Under the pieces are notes generated by a model. It searched no databases. It was not told the DNA's origin and saw only the letters and a program-made list of their open reading frames with translations. A program made the translations under genes and the position numbers. From positions 27,220,001 through 27,284,000 of the forward strand of contig NW_024704742.1 in NCBI RefSeq assembly GCF_018977255.1: a stretch of DNA of 64,000 bases, given 5' to 3'. Below, piece by piece: positions 62,273-64,000 of the stretch (its first letter is position 1; every line of letters starts with the position of its first letter). Source of the DNA: Callorhinchus milii. Taxonomy: Eukaryota.

Positions 62273-64000
62273 ACAACAACAACAACAACAACAACAAGAT
62301 TCCATTTATAAAGCGCCTTTCACGTCAGGAGGACGTCCCAAGGCGCTGCACAGTTGGGTCATGACCCGAGCAGGGGGGAAATGGTCAGGGTGAGGGGAGG
62401 GAAGGGAGGGAGCGAGGAGGGGGAAGAGAGTCGAGAGGGGAGCTGAAGGCACGGTCAAAGAGAAAGGTTTTGAGACCGGCCTTGAAGGAGGAAAGGGAGG
62501 AGGCGGCGAAGGCACTGGGGGATGGAGTTCCAGAGCCTGGGGCTGAGAGGCTGAAGGCTCGACCACCGATGGTAGGGCGGTTGGGGCGGGGGACGTGGAG
62601 CAGACCGGAGCCAGAGGAACGGAGGGTACGGGCAGGTAGGTAGGGGGATAGTAGGTTGGAGAGGTAGGAGGGAGCAAGGCCGTGAATGGCCTTGTAGGTG
62701 AGGATGAGGATCTTGAAATCAATCCTCTGGGGGATGGGGAGCCAGTGGAGGCGAGCGAGGGTGGGAGTGATGTGGTCCTGAAGCCTGGTGCGGGACAGTA
62801 CACGAGCTGCAGAGTTCTGAATGACCTGCAGCTTGTGGAGGGAGGTGGCGGGAAGGCCGGCGAGGAGAGAGTTCCCATAGTCCAGCCTTGAGGTGACAAA
62901 GGCGTGAACCAGGGTTTCAGCAGCGTGAGGGGTGAGGTAATGCCGTAGTCTGGCGATGTTCCGGAGGTGATGGAAGGCGGTGCCAGTTGTGGTGCGGATG
63001 TGAGGGAGAAAGGACAGCTCAGGGTCGAACAAAACGCCGAGGTTCCTGACTGGCTTTGAGAGGTGGAGAGTGCAGCCTTGGATGCTGATGGTGTCAGCGC
63101 CTGAGGTGCGGAGGCGCTGACGTGAGCCAATCAGGAGGGCCTCGGTTTTTCGCACGTTGAGCTGAAGAAAGTTGTCTCTCGTCCAGGACTCGATGTCGGA
63201 CAGGCAGGCTGTCAGGACATCGGTGGTCGTGGAGTTGAGAGTAGAGGAGGAAAGGTAGAGTTGGGTGTCATCCGCATACATGTGGAAGTTAACTCCATGT
63301 CTGCGGATGATGTCACCAAGGGGGAGCATATAGAGGGTGAAGAGGAGGGGACCGAGGACAGAGCCCTGAGGGACACCACATGAGACAGTGCGGGGGGTGG
63401 AGGAGAAGCCATTCGTCGAGACAAAGTGAAGACGGTGAGAAAGGTACGACCTAAACCATTCAAGGACAGTGCCTTGAAGGTTGAGGTGGGAGGACAAGCG
63501 GTGGAGTAGGATAGCGTGGTCGACCGTATCGAATGCTGCCGATAGGTCGAGGAGGACGAGGAGACAGAGGGAGCCCTGGTCACAGATGGTCAGGATATCA
63601 TTGGTGACCTTGACCAGGGCAGTTTCTGTGCTATGGGCAGCACGGAAACCTGACTGAAGGGGTTCGAAAAGAGAATGGGTGGAAAGGAAAGAGCGCAGTT
63701 GGGAGGCGACAACTCTTTCCAAGACCTTGGAGAGAAAGGGGAGGTTGGAGATGGGCCGGTAACTTGATAGCTGCGACGCATCAAGGGAGGGTTTTTTCAG
63801 GGTGGGCGTGATGATGGCAGTTTTTAATGGAATGGGGACAGAGCCAGAGGAGAGGGACAGGTTGATGATGTCAGTGATATGTGGGGCAAGAAAGTGGAGC
63901 TGGGAGATAAGGAGTGGAGTGGGGATGGGGTCAAGGGAGCAGGTGGTTGGTTTTAGGGATAGGATGAGTTCAGTGACAGAGGGTGGGGAAACGGGTACGA
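62273..64000 (-). mobile_element. Young L2-clade LINE, 3' 1.7 kb (continues beyond window)
   Basis: RT motifs [46 protein letters not shown]2 C-terminal LHWLP motif; 3' tail gggacgtcctcctgacgtgaaaggcgct followed by (TTG)n. Confidence 0.97.
62385..63998 (-). CDS. L2 ORF2 reverse transcriptase and C-terminal region (5'-partial)
   Basis: 445-aa track ORF. Hand translation shows the frame stays open upstream of 63722 to the window edge (..[27 protein letters not shown]..). Two small compensating deletions near 62505-62545. Confidence 0.9.
   Translation of the reverse strand, partial: VPVSPPSVTELILSLKPTTCSLDPIPTPLLISQLHFLAPHITDIINLSLSSGSVPIPLKTAIITPTLKKPSLDASQLSSYRPISNLPFLSKVLERVVASQLRSFLSTHSLFEPLQSGFRAAHSTETALVKVTNDILTICDQGSLCLLVLLDLSAAFDTVDHAILLHRLSSHLNLQGTVLEWFRSYLSHRLHFVSTNGFSSTPRTVSCGVPQGSVLGPLLFTLYMLPLGDIIRRHGVNFHMYADDTQLYLSSSTLNSTTTDVLTACLSDIESWTRDNFLQLNVRKTEALLIGSRQRLRTSGADTISIQGCTLHLSKPVRNLGVLFDPELSFLPHIRTTTGTAFHHLRNIARLRHYLTPHAAETLVHAFVTSRLDYGNSLLAGLPATSLHKLQVIQNSAARVLSRTRLQDHITPTLARLHWLPIPQRIDFKILILTYKAIHGLAPSYLSNLLSPYLPARTLRSSGSGLLHVPRPNRPTIGGRAFSLSAPGSGTPSPSAFAASSLSSFKAGLKTFLFDRAFSSPLDSLPPPRSLPSLPSP

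Noticed and set aside
62306..63130. 274-aa Ser/Pro-rich ORF, and similar ORFs at 32624-33244, 12044-12535 and 14-413
   Set aside because: Alternative or antisense frames of C-rich L2 sequence.
1..64000. CRISPR array, operon or prokaryotic defence system
   Set aside because: The sequence is eukaryotic. Recurrent ~35-bp motifs are irregularly spaced retroposon tails on both strands, not repeat-spacer arrays.

Overview
Vertebrate genomic DNA. The repeat content points to a cartilaginous fish, probably a holocephalan such as elephant shark; this is inferred from recall, not from a search. Nearly the whole window looks intronic. The only host coding exon I can support is a 156-nt phase-0 exon at 51151-51306 (+) of a Diaphanous-related formin, most like DIAPH1. 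The rest is a dense transposon landscape: L2 LINE 3' fragments (one young copy has an open RT frame running off the right edge), decayed CR1 LINEs, three successive generations of tRNA-headed SINEs sharing an L2-type tail, older LF-SINE-like and other ancient SINE relics, a fold-back MITE family, an unclassified ~260-bp repeat, and microsatellites. Almost all ORFs in the track are repeat-derived or chance. I see no CRISPR, operon, rRNA or true tRNA gene, and I cannot support a new multi-gene system. The most interesting signals are the modular SINE succession, repeated nested insertion at the same SINE position, a perfect SINE-tail palindrome, and two repeat families I cannot name. Repeat boundaries were read by eye and are approximate (about 10-30 bp) unless a junction is quoted.
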